IMG/VR virus record: IMGVR_UViG_3300022923_000092
Coordinates: 1-25,544 of that record
Length of the DNA: 25,544 nucleotides
Reading direction: 5' to 3' (one strand)
DNA from: a virus
Taxonomy: Duplodnaviria > Caudoviricetes
Shown: positions 7,944 to 16,784 of the stretch, in pieces
Numbering within the stretch: position 1 is the stretch's first letter
How the letters are laid out: each line of letters opens with the position of its first letter
Notes under the pieces: generated by a model
Told to the model about the DNA's origin: nothing
The model's database searches: none
What the model saw: only the letters and a program-made list of their open reading frames with translations
Made by a program: the position numbers and the translations under genes

Positions 7944-10514
7944 ATGCGGGTAATACAGTTCCAAACCAATTTCTCGGTTGGCGAGCTTGATCCGCTTATT
8001 CGTGCTAGAACGGATCTACAGCAATATCAGAATGCTCTGGAAGAAGCTACGAATGTAATCATTCAGCCTCAAGGCGGGTTTCGTCGCCGTGACGGGCTTC
8101 AGTTTATCTATGACTTTGGTGGTACGTTTACAGATTTTAAAATTATCCCCTTCGAGTTTAGTGTAAACGACAGTTATCTTTTGGTTTTTGTTAATCAAAG
8201 GATTTATGTTTTTAAGGCTGGGGTGTTGCAAACAAACATTAACGCCTCTGGCAACGATTACATTGCGGCCACTGATATTACTGCCGCGATGCTCGATGAG
8301 ATCAATTATACGCAAGCGGTTGATACGCTTATTCTTTGCCATGAGGATCTGCAAACTAAACGCCTGGTGAGAAACAGTGATACCTCTTGGACGTTAGAAA
8401 ACCTACCTCTGACGAATTTGCCTCAGTATGCTTATGCGTTTGATACGCACCAACCAGACTTTACGATTACGCCCAGCGCTACCTCTGGTAATATCACTAT
8501 TACAGCCTCAGCAGCAACGACAGACACAGGAACAGCTCAGGCTGGCGGGGCTGATACAATCACCCTTAAATCTGCATCTAGCTTTACATCTGACGATCAG
8601 CCAAACGGAATGTTTATTACTTTAACATCTGGCACTGGCTCAGGGCAAACGCGCCACGTTGAGGACTATGTTGCTTCTACAAAGGTTCTGACCGTCTATC
8701 CCGCTTGGGATACGGCTCCAGATAATACAACAGGATATAAGGTTGAGCCATTTGCTGCTGCTACTGTTGGTGAATATGCTCAAGTTCTCAGCACTTTTGG
8801 TCGCGCTCGGTATGTGGAGTTTGTTTCTTCCACAGAAATGAAGGCTGTTGTTGAGGTAAACTTCTTTGACACAAGTGCTATTACTGCCGGTAATTGGGAG
8901 AGTGAGCATGGCTATGAAGATGTTTGGTCAAACACTCGCGGGTGGCCTAAGTCTGCTGCATTCCATGAGGGTCGGTTGTATTTTGGTGGGTCTAAGTCCA
9001 GGCAGAATACGATCTGGGGATCTAATGTAATTAACTACTTTGACTTTAATCCTGGCACTGGCCTTGCTGATGAGGCTGTTGAGGCAACTATTAACACAAA
9101 CCAGCTTAACAGTATTGTTAATTTGTTCTCAGGTAATGACTTGCGGATATTCACAACTGGTGGTGAGTTTGCTGTAATACAGACGACCGATGATCCGATT
9201 ACGCCTTCAAGTTTTTTTATAAGGCCGCAAACCAGACTTGGCTCTAAGCCTGGCGTTCCTGTTGAAGATTTAAACGGCGCGTCTGTCTTTATCCAAAGGC
9301 AGGGGAAATCTCTTAATGCGTTTCAATTCGGTGATACTACGGCGTCCTATCAGGTTCAACCTCTCTCAGCTCTTAGCTCTCATTTGTTAAAAGATCCTAT
9401 TGACTTGGCCGCTCGTCGAGCAGCATCTACAGATGAGTCAGATCGATTGTTTGTGGTAAATGGCACAGATGGCTCGATGGCTGTTTACTCTATTCTAGTT
9501 GGCCAGAACGTGATTGCTCCTAGTAGATTTACAACTGACGGTGAGTTTATTGCCGTGGGCGTTGAGGTGTCTGATGTTTACACAATCGTTAAGGCTCCCG
9601 TTATGGATTGGAATACTACAGATGGGCTTTCTGCTGCTATAGATGAGATCGCTGCTGGTACAAAAGACGCATCTGATGGTGGTGTGTATGCCTGGTTGCT
9701 GGAGACTGTTGACTCTTATCCAAGGGCAGATCTTGGTCAGAACGGTGTTGTCGGCACTTTGGATGCTGGGTTTTGGGAGTCATATGGCAACGGCACAGCG
9801 ACAATAACTATTGATGCAAATGGTGACGTTACTCTGATTAGAATTGTTTATGGGTCTCCACCAATTACTCTTAGCTTTACGGATGTAACAAGTAATAACT
9901 ACATCTACGCGAGGATATTATCTTTTGTCCAAGCGTTTTGGGAAGCGCATGATGCCGGTGAGTCATGGGTAAGTAGCTACATTACAAACACCTATCATCT
10001 GCAAAAGTTTAATCCAGACATCACTTTAGACAGGGCTGTATCTGGTGGTGCTGCTGGAGAAGTTACTAGCACTGGTCTTAGAGATAGGGTTGTTAAGATA
10101 ATCCGAGATGGCGTGATTGATGGCACTAAGGTTGCGAGCCATGATGGACGTGTGGACTTTGCTACTGCCTCTACAACATCCTTCGTTGCTGGTCTTGATT
10201 ATACGGTAACAGCTAAAACTATGCCAGCCGAGCCGACTCTATCCTCTGGATCTGTTCAAGGGTTTAAAAAGAGAATTATCCAAGTTGATGCAATCGTCAA
10301 TGGAACTCAGAACATGACGATCAACGGCAAGCAAGTTCCGTTTAGAAACCTTGGTGAAAATGTTTTAGATAAACCTGTTGATCCATTTACCGGCACTAAG
10401 ACCGTTCACGGCTTGCTGGGGTATAGTGGTACTGGACAAATAACCGTAAGCCAGAATGTGCCATTAGCAATGACTGTTCTGGGCTTAGAATATCGTTTGA
10501 GTGTGGGGAATTAA
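7944..10514 (+). CDS. Tail tubular protein B (T7 gp12-like nozzle) with inserted modules
   Basis: 'QTNFSVGELDP', 'NVIIQPQGGFRRRDG', 'GWPKSAAFHEGRLYFGG', 'LRIFTTGGEF', C-terminal 'GQITVSQNVPLAMTVLGL'; follows tubular A. Confidence 0.88.
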   Translation: MRVIQFQTNFSVGELDPLIRARTDLQQYQNALEEATNVIIQPQGGFRRRDGLQFIYDFGGTFTDFKIIPFEFSVNDSYLLVFVNQRIYVFKAGVLQTNINASGNDYIAATDITAAMLDEINYTQAVDTLILCHEDLQTKRLVRNSDTSWTLENLPLTNLPQYAYAFDTHQPDFTITPSATSGNITITASAATTDTGTAQAGGADTITLKSASSFTSDDQPNGMFITLTSGTGSGQTRHVEDYVASTKVLTVYPAWDTAPDNTTGYKVEPFAAATVGEYAQVLSTFGRARYVEFVSSTEMKAVVEVNFFDTSAITAGNWESEHGYEDVWSNTRGWPKSAAFHEGRLYFGGSKSRQNTIWGSNVINYFDFNPGTGLADEAVEATINTNQLNSIVNLFSGNDLRIFTTGGEFAVIQTTDDPITPSSFFIRPQTRLGSKPGVPVEDLNGASVFIQRQGKSLNAFQFGDTTASYQVQPLSALSSHLLKDPIDLAARRAASTDESDRLFVVNGTDGSMAVYSILVGQNVIAPSRFTTDGEFIAVGVEVSDVYTIVKAPVMDWNTTDGLSAAIDEIAAGTKDASDGGVYAWLLETVDSYPRADLGQNGVVGTLDAGFWESYGNGTATITIDANGDVTLIRIVYGSPPITLSFTDVTSNNYIYARILSFVQAFWEAHDAGESWVSSYITNTYHLQKFNPDITLDRAVSGGAAGEVTSTGLRDRVVKIIRDGVIDGTKVASHDGRVDFATASTTSFVAGLDYTVTAKTMPAEPTLSSGSVQGFKKRIIQVDAIVNGTQNMTINGKQVPFRNLGENVLDKPVDPFTGTKTVHGLLGYSGTGQITVSQNVPLAMTVLGLEYRLSVGN

Positions 10515-10515
10515 G

Positions 10516-10950
10516 ATGAGTCAATTAGCATTTGCTGCTGTTTCTGCTGCGGGTCAAATAGCTGCTGGTGCAGCACAGCGCAGGCAGTATGAAGCACAAG
10601 CCAGGCAAGCAGAGCTTCGCGGCAGATCTGAGGCTCTTGCGTATAAGCAAAAAGGCGTTGATGCTTTGCGAAATCTTAATGAAACGCTTGCGGCTATTAT
10701 TTCTCGATCTGCTGCTGGTGGTGTTGATCCTACATCTGGCTCTGCCTCAACATTACAAAAGTTTGCTTTGTCAGAGGGCGCTAGGGAAAAGGCTATTGCT
10801 CAAGACAATGCTCTTATGGCTCTCGGCCAGGCAAGCACTCAGGCAGGCATTTATCAATCTGCCGGTCGAGCCGCACAATTAAACTCTTATGTTTCTGCTG
10901 CTGGTACACTTGGCACAGGTTCGTATAGAGCTGGACAATTAACAGGTTAA
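10516..10950 (+). CDS. Internal virion (ejection) protein, T7 gp14-like
   Basis: Ala/Gly/Gln-rich; 'AAGGVDPTSGSA' motif; first gene after tubular B. ATG 10516 preferred over GTG 10501. Confidence 0.75.
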   Translation: MSQLAFAAVSAAGQIAAGAAQRRQYEAQARQAELRGRSEALAYKQKGVDALRNLNETLAAIISRSAAGGVDPTSGSASTLQKFALSEGAREKAIAQDNALMALGQASTQAGIYQSAGRAAQLNSYVSAAGTLGTGSYRAGQLTG

Positions 10951-10953
10951 GAC

Positions 10954-13497
10954 ATGGCTATTCTTCCAAGATATCAGCGCATCGGTTTACAAACCCGCCG
11001 ACCTCAGCAGTTGGACTTTGCCGCTACGCGGGAACAAGCCAGGCTTGGGCAGAATATTTCTCAGCAAGTAGATCGTATGGCTGACTTCGCCTTCAAGCAG
11101 GCGGCTGAGGGCGCAGCAATCCGAGGACAGGAGCGCGTTAGGGAAGAGGGCGCTCGCCCTACTCTTGCGGCAATAGAGGCGGCGGGTGGGCCTACTACAA
11201 TAGCAGAGCGTTCAGCGTATGCCCTGGGTAGTCGCGTGGCTGTTGCGGAAATACAGAATGAAGCTGAAATCGAGATAATGCGGATCTTGAATGATGCTGA
11301 AACAAATGAGACACCGTTTAGCACTGTCCAGGCACAGCTTGCCGATATTACAGATGGATACTCTGCATCACTAGATACAATCGATCCAGAGGCGGCATTG
11401 ATGCTGCAAACCAGGTTATCCTCTGCATCTATCAAAGCAGAAGAAAGATATTCAAATTATTATGTAAAGTTACAAGCATCAAAAGCTAAGGCAAAAGTAA
11501 ATAGCGCCGCTGATGTCCAGCTCGATCGTGTTGTCGGTAATGCAATATTGCCTGGTTATAACGCAGAAAGAATAAGAAGCGACATTGATGAAAGTTTTGA
11601 TTTGCTGGCCGGTCTGGGTGCTGATGATGCAACTCTTACCGCCTTTAAAGAGCAGGCATTTAATGCTGCTATAAAAGAAAACACAATTTATAAGTTCAAT
11701 ACATCGGATCTCGATACCCAGGCTGAGATGCTGACTAGCATGGAGACAAAGCCGGTTGCTGGGATGTCTTTGGAACAAACGCAATCTCTGCGCAAATCAT
11801 TGCGAGCTGACTACAATTCTAAATTACAGGTTACTAAAGGCGAGGCCGCGGCTGTTATCTCTGACGTTAATGAGCAAAACCGTATATTAGCATTGGGCGG
11901 CATGCCTTCGCAGAAAGAAGTATTAACACTAAAAGAGAGAGCTGACGCTGCCGGTGATTATGGTGCGGGCGCAAGGGATGCTGTCGGACGCTTGCAGTTC
12001 AACATGGAATTTGCTGCTGCATTCCGCAAGATGACGCCACAAAATCTAGCTGCTGAGGTGCAGGCTCTAAGGCAAGGTCTTGAAGGTATCGGCGAGGCTG
12101 GCATTGATACGCTCATAGAAGCTGAAATATTAAAGGTTGCACAGGCGCATCTAACTGCCGCTGAAGCCGGTGTGGAAAAAGCTCAAACAGCTCGCAAAGC
12201 AGAGTTTAAGCCTATTGTTGATAACCTGGCGAATGAAATTGCAGACTTCCAAAAGATAGTTGATTCCGGTCGCGCTGTGGAAAGTGGAGATATTGCAAAG
12301 TTAATTGAAGCTGTCAGCAATGTTCCAGAAGATCTAAGGCAAGATCTTACTGAGGATGTTATGGCATTAAACATAACAAGTGCTACTGCTGAGGCTGTAG
12401 GCAATATGACGCCAGCCGAAGCTGCTGGATACATTAGATCCCTCGGAGCGGGCATTGAGGGCATTGGCGATGCTGGATTAGATACTCCGGTCGAGATAGA
12501 AACATACGATCTTGCGAAGAAAATGCTTTCCGGCATGGAGGCAGAATTAAAAAAAGATCCTCTGGGATATGCCATGCTCGTTGGCCTTACAGATGCAAAT
12601 GGCAATGCTATTGAAATCACACCGATTAACTTTACAGATCAAGATGCAACAATAGAAACTATGAAAAAACGCATCAATGATGCGACTATTGTTTCTTCTA
12701 AGTATTCAACGCCAGTAACATATTTCACGCCGCAAGAAAAATCTATGCTGGCTGAAGTTATGTCTGAAGCCGATCGCTCTCAGCGCATGTTCTTTCTAGG
12801 TGCTATTGTTGAAGGTGGCGGCCAAGCGGCTCCTGATATGTTGGCTGAAATATCCAATACTGCTCCAGAGTTTGCCGGTATTGGTGCGCTGGTTGTAAAC
12901 GAAAGAATGGATGCGGCAAATAAAGCTTTGCGCGGTATGGATTTAATCAAAAAAGGATTAAAGTTAGTAGAATTTACACCATCAAATACCGAGATTCCAT
13001 TTAAGGCAAAGACTGATGAGGCTTTACGTTATCAGCCAAACGCCATTGGCATTACCCGTGAGGTTGCTAAAGCAATTTATGCAGATATAGCTGGAAGGGA
13101 AGAACAATTTAATGAGGGTCTTTGGAATCACGCCATAGATCTTGCCCTTGGCGCTGATGGAGCTGGCAATGGCGGCATTCAAGAAGTTCGCAACGCAAAC
13201 ACATTTGTACCGCCAAACCTAAGTTCTGATGATATTGAGGCAGCACTCAAAGCAATGACACCAGAGAACATATCTTTTGCATCTAATGGCCAGGTTATAA
13301 GCGAAGAATATGCAGAAGATATTTCTGGTCGTGGAATGTTTGTTCGTGACGATAATTACAAAGTAATATCATATGGTGGAAATAACTTTATCTTGGCATA
13401 TGGAGACCCCACTATAAGTCAGCCTATATATGTTTTTGACAAAGCTGGTGATTTGTTAATATTTGACATGCAAAAGTTAGTTGAGGCCACTCAATGA
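10954..13497 (+). CDS. Internal virion (ejection) protein, large and helical
   Basis: 847 aa, 'MAILPRYQ' start, all-alpha composition, gp15-like position, internal repeat with 125-aa spacing. Confidence 0.7.
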   Translation: MAILPRYQRIGLQTRRPQQLDFAATREQARLGQNISQQVDRMADFAFKQAAEGAAIRGQERVREEGARPTLAAIEAAGGPTTIAERSAYALGSRVAVAEIQNEAEIEIMRILNDAETNETPFSTVQAQLADITDGYSASLDTIDPEAALMLQTRLSSASIKAEERYSNYYVKLQASKAKAKVNSAADVQLDRVVGNAILPGYNAERIRSDIDESFDLLAGLGADDATLTAFKEQAFNAAIKENTIYKFNTSDLDTQAEMLTSMETKPVAGMSLEQTQSLRKSLRADYNSKLQVTKGEAAAVISDVNEQNRILALGGMPSQKEVLTLKERADAAGDYGAGARDAVGRLQFNMEFAAAFRKMTPQNLAAEVQALRQGLEGIGEAGIDTLIEAEILKVAQAHLTAAEAGVEKAQTARKAEFKPIVDNLANEIADFQKIVDSGRAVESGDIAKLIEAVSNVPEDLRQDLTEDVMALNITSATAEAVGNMTPAEAAGYIRSLGAGIEGIGDAGLDTPVEIETYDLAKKMLSGMEAELKKDPLGYAMLVGLTDANGNAIEITPINFTDQDATIETMKKRINDATIVSSKYSTPVTYFTPQEKSMLAEVMSEADRSQRMFFLGAIVEGGGQAAPDMLAEISNTAPEFAGIGALVVNERMDAANKALRGMDLIKKGLKLVEFTPSNTEIPFKAKTDEALRYQPNAIGITREVAKAIYADIAGREEQFNEGLWNHAIDLALGADGAGNGGIQEVRNANTFVPPNLSSDDIEAALKAMTPENISFASNGQVISEEYAEDISGRGMFVRDDNYKVISYGGNNFILAYGDPTISQPIYVFDKAGDLLIFDMQKLVEATQ

Positions 13498-16400
13498 ACT
13501 TTGACCAGCCCGATCCGCTAGACATCCTGCCCCAGCAAGGTTTGCAAGCGCCACCTGGTACGCTTGTGGAAAATCTTACAACTGCGTTTGATGTTGCTCG
13601 CTTCAACGGTGGGTCTGGTGCAAACAGCAAAGCATTTACTATGCTGGAGGTCTGGGGGCCGATCGTAGACCTAGCCAATCAAAACGGCGGTGACTTTGAA
13701 AACCCTGGCATATATCTCAGCAGCAGCTTGTTTGATACAAGCGCTCCTCGCGTTTATGAGCGGCAAACCCAAGAGCTTTATTCCTGGCTGGCACAGAACA
13801 AAGATTCACTGCCGCCAGAGCTACAAGATATAACGCCTGATGTAATCGATCAGCGCACTAAAGACTTTGTGCAATCTAAGCAGAATGAATTAGCAGAGCT
13901 TGCAAGAACAAATCCTGATCTGGCTAGTGCATCTGCTCGTTTTATTGGCTCTATGGGTTCGGCGTTTGGTGATCCGGTAACGCAAGCCACAATGCCGTTT
14001 GGTGGCTGGTCTAAATCATTCTGGAAGAACGTAATGCAGAGCGCTGCTATAAATGCTGGCGTTGGTGCGATTACTGAGGTTGATGTTGCCAAGTGGTATG
14101 ATGAGCTTGATCTGGAATACAGCTATCAAGACTTTCTGGCAAATGTAGCTATTCAAGGCGCATTCGGTGCAGCATTGCCTGTTGCTGGTCGCGGTATAAG
14201 AATGACTGCGGAGCAAGCAAAGAAAGGTTGGGAAGTATTATCTGGTAAAGGCCGCAAGCCTGTTAGCCCAGAGGATCAAGCCTTGGTTGATGTCCTAGAA
14301 GCACAAGAGGAAGTGGTTGCCACTAATCCGCTAGAAACGCCGCAAGATCCTAATGTGGCAGAGTTTGAGCATCAGAGCCGCTTAACTGCCGCACAGGCAG
14401 CGATAGAGAACAATCAAGCGCCTAAGATAACACCAGAGCCAAACGCGCCTATAAAGCCTTCTGTAGCAGCGCAAGCAGCAGATAATCTTGACGGTGTTCT
14501 GTACACTTTAGATCCAGATATAATTGAGGTTGATGCCAAGACGTTTCAGTTTAAATCTGGCGGTGATGAGTTTGGCGTAACAGAAAGGCTGCAAGGTGTA
14601 ACAACCTGGGATAAATACAAAGCTGGTGTTGTAACGGTGTATGAATATGCCGATGGCCGCTTGGCTATTGCTGATGGCCACCAGCGTCTAGGTCTAGCAA
14701 AGCGCATTCGATCGCAAGATCCTTCTCAGGATGTAAAGGTTATCGGGTATAAGCTGCGTGAGGTTGACGGGATTAGCCCAGAAGAGGCGCGTGTTATTGC
14801 TGCAATGAAGAATATTGCAGAAGGCACTGGCACATCTATTGATGCCGCTAAGGTGTTGCGGGTTGAGCCTGATAGATTGTCAGAGCTGCCGCCACGTTCT
14901 GAGCTAGTTCGCCAGGCTAGAGATATGATGGCTTTAAGCGATGAGGCATTTGGTGCTGTTGTTAATGAGGTGATACCGGCAAACTATGGCGCTATCGTTG
15001 GTAGATTGATTGATGATCCTAAGCTGCAAGATGCTGCTATCCAGGTCTTAGCTAAGTCTGAGCCTAGTAATGCCTTCCAAGCGGAATCAATCGTGCGCCA
15101 GGTGCGTGAGGCTGGAGCTGAAGAGGTAGAGCAAATATCTCTATTCGGTGAAGAGCTGGTAACTGAAAGCTATTATGTAGAACGTGCAAAGATCTTAGAT
15201 CGAGCATATAAAGAACTGCGCCGTGACAAAGCAGCATTTGAAACATTGGTTCGTAACTCGGAACGCCTGGAAGCAGAAGGCAATATCTTAGTTAAGGAAG
15301 CAAATGAAAGAAAGGCAAATACAGATGGCCAAACGATCGCGCTCCTCCAAACGCTTGCAAACAGAAAAGGGCCGCTCTCCGATGCCCTCAACCAAGCAGC
15401 AAGAACAGCCAGAGACACAAACAGCTATGTCGAAGCAACCAGAGGTTTCCTCGATGCTGTCAGAGGATCAATTGAATCGGGCGACTTCGACCGCATATCT
15501 TCTGGCGACATTGGACGCGCTGTCGATGGTGCGCCGCAGATCGCTCGATCTGAAATTGAAAAAGAACCAGCCCTTGAGGGCTTCGACGAGCCAACGGGGA
15601 TAGCAGCAGAACGTCAAGCCGATCAGCTAATTGATGATATGTTTGGCTCTGACGAGGTGGATGCTGACTCTATTGCTGGCCTCAAACGGTTGCTTGATGA
15701 AAGCCCGACCAGAGATCAGATAGACAATCATCCATCTGTAATTAAAGCGCTAGATGAAATGGAAGCTCGCGCAGAGACTTCTGGCATAGAAGGCTATAAT
15801 ACAGAAGCCTGGCATAACTCTCGCGTTTATAAAATAGATGACCAGGATGTTACCTCAACAGCAGAGGCAATGGTTCGGTTCGAGCGTGATGCAGAGCAGT
15901 TAGCATTTAAAGAGCTAGGTATAGATCCACAGCCTGTTCTTAGAAATAAAGAGCTTACTATAGTTTTAGGCCCACCGGCTGCTGGTAAAAGCACAATCGC
16001 CAATGAATTAGCCATTGCAAACAGATCTGCTATCCTAGACAGCGATGAGATTAAAAAGGCATTGCCAGAGTATGAGGGTGGTATTGGTGCATCAGCGGTA
16101 CATGAGGAGAGTTCTGACCTGGCAAAGATCTTACAATCCTTGATGATTGAGCAAGGAACTAATATCGTTTTGCCAAAAGTGGGCCACACTGCCTCTAGTA
16201 TCCGCAAAGCAATATCACTATATAAAGATAAGGGGTATAAGGTTCGTCTTGTAAATATGGATGTTACCCCAGAAAACGCATATCAACGTATGATTGGGCG
16301 TTTCGTATCTTCTGGCAGAATTATTCCACCGGCATATCTTGATGCTGTTGGGGCTAATCCATCTGCCACATTTAGAACATTAAGACAGGAGGGCGCAGCC

Positions 16401-16784
16401 GATGGCTATGCAGAAATCGACAACAATGGCGGCTTCAATGACCCCAAAGAAATCAGAGAAGTCTCAGGAGACAACCCGTTATCAGGATCTAGCTTCGATG
16501 TACCTTCGGGTGGACGAACAGAACCAGACGCTATCAGAGTCGCAGAGCGCGATAGTGCAACGTATTCTCTCGAAAAAACGCAGCCTACCCCAGACGGAGG
16601 AATAGCTGACGATATAAATACATCTGACATCTTTGATGACATGGATCTTGAGGTTCCTCTTGGTGAGCGCCTAGATCCTGACACTAATGAAGTTGTGCCA
16701 ACAACTATGACGCTTAGAGATGTTAAGGCTCAAATGGATCAGGAAGATGCAATGATAGCCCGATTGGAGTTCTGTACAATATGA
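13494..16784 (+). CDS. Polyvalent internal virion protein: ejection-type N-terminus + ParB/Srx-like domain + zeta-toxin-like P-loop kinase
   Basis: Gly/Ala-rich hydrophobic helices in the N-terminal part. 'AIADGHQRLGLA' (DGHQR at 14673-14687). 'IVLGPPAAGKST' (GPPAAGKS at 15969-15992), 'ILDSDEIKK', 'HEES', 'NIVLPKVG', 'AYQRMIGRF..SGRIIP'. ATGA overlaps on both sides. Confidence 0.75.
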   Translation: MNFDQPDPLDILPQQGLQAPPGTLVENLTTAFDVARFNGGSGANSKAFTMLEVWGPIVDLANQNGGDFENPGIYLSSSLFDTSAPRVYERQTQELYSWLAQNKDSLPPELQDITPDVIDQRTKDFVQSKQNELAELARTNPDLASASARFIGSMGSAFGDPVTQATMPFGGWSKSFWKNVMQSAAINAGVGAITEVDVAKWYDELDLEYSYQDFLANVAIQGAFGAALPVAGRGIRMTAEQAKKGWEVLSGKGRKPVSPEDQALVDVLEAQEEVVATNPLETPQDPNVAEFEHQSRLTAAQAAIENNQAPKITPEPNAPIKPSVAAQAADNLDGVLYTLDPDIIEVDAKTFQFKSGGDEFGVTERLQGVTTWDKYKAGVVTVYEYADGRLAIADGHQRLGLAKRIRSQDPSQDVKVIGYKLREVDGISPEEARVIAAMKNIAEGTGTSIDAAKVLRVEPDRLSELPPRSELVRQARDMMALSDEAFGAVVNEVIPANYGAIVGRLIDDPKLQDAAIQVLAKSEPSNAFQAESIVRQVREAGAEEVEQISLFGEELVTESYYVERAKILDRAYKELRRDKAAFETLVRNSERLEAEGNILVKEANERKANTDGQTIALLQTLANRKGPLSDALNQAARTARDTNSYVEATRGFLDAVRGSIESGDFDRISSGDIGRAVDGAPQIARSEIEKEPALEGFDEPTGIAAERQADQLIDDMFGSDEVDADSIAGLKRLLDESPTRDQIDNHPSVIKALDEMEARAETSGIEGYNTEAWHNSRVYKIDDQDVTSTAEAMVRFERDAEQLAFKELGIDPQPVLRNKELTIVLGPPAAGKSTIANELAIANRSAILDSDEIKKALPEYEGGIGASAVHEESSDLAKILQSLMIEQGTNIVLPKVGHTASSIRKAISLYKDKGYKVRLVNMDVTPENAYQRMIGRFVSSGRIIPPAYLDAVGANPSATFRTLRQEGAADGYAEIDNNGGFNDPKEIREVSGDNPLSGSSFDVPSGGRTEPDAIRVAERDSATYSLEKTQPTPDGGIADDINTSDIFDDMDLEVPLGERLDPDTNEVVPTTMTLRDVKAQMDQEDAMIARLEFCTI
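15304..15603 (+). CDS. Nested +1-frame ORF A (99 aa) inside the polyvalent gene, after the ParB-like region
   Basis: SD TAAGGA 15293-15298, 5 nt before the ATG; alternative ATG 15325 with GAAAGG. Host-frame codons shift locally to CTC/GTC/TTC. Confidence 0.5.
   Translation: MKERQIQMAKRSRSSKRLQTEKGRSPMPSTKQQEQPETQTAMSKQPEVSSMLSEDQLNRATSTAYLLATLDALSMVRRRSLDLKLKKNQPLRASTSQRG
16402..16605 (+). CDS. Nested +1-frame ORF B (67 aa) inside the polyvalent gene, at the end of the zeta-like domain; candidate antitoxin
   Basis: Perfect SD AGGAGG 16387-16392, 9 nt before ATG 16402. The host frame becomes a low-complexity linker with C-ending codons. Confidence 0.55.
   Translation: MAMQKSTTMAASMTPKKSEKSQETTRYQDLASMYLRVDEQNQTLSESQSAIVQRILSKKRSLPQTEE

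Noticed and set aside
14500-16430. ParA/ParB partition system (ParB motif plus P-loop)
   Set aside because: The P-loop lacks the deviant Walker A (KGGxGKT) of ParA and has nucleotide-kinase/zeta-type downstream motifs. Both domains sit within a virion gene.
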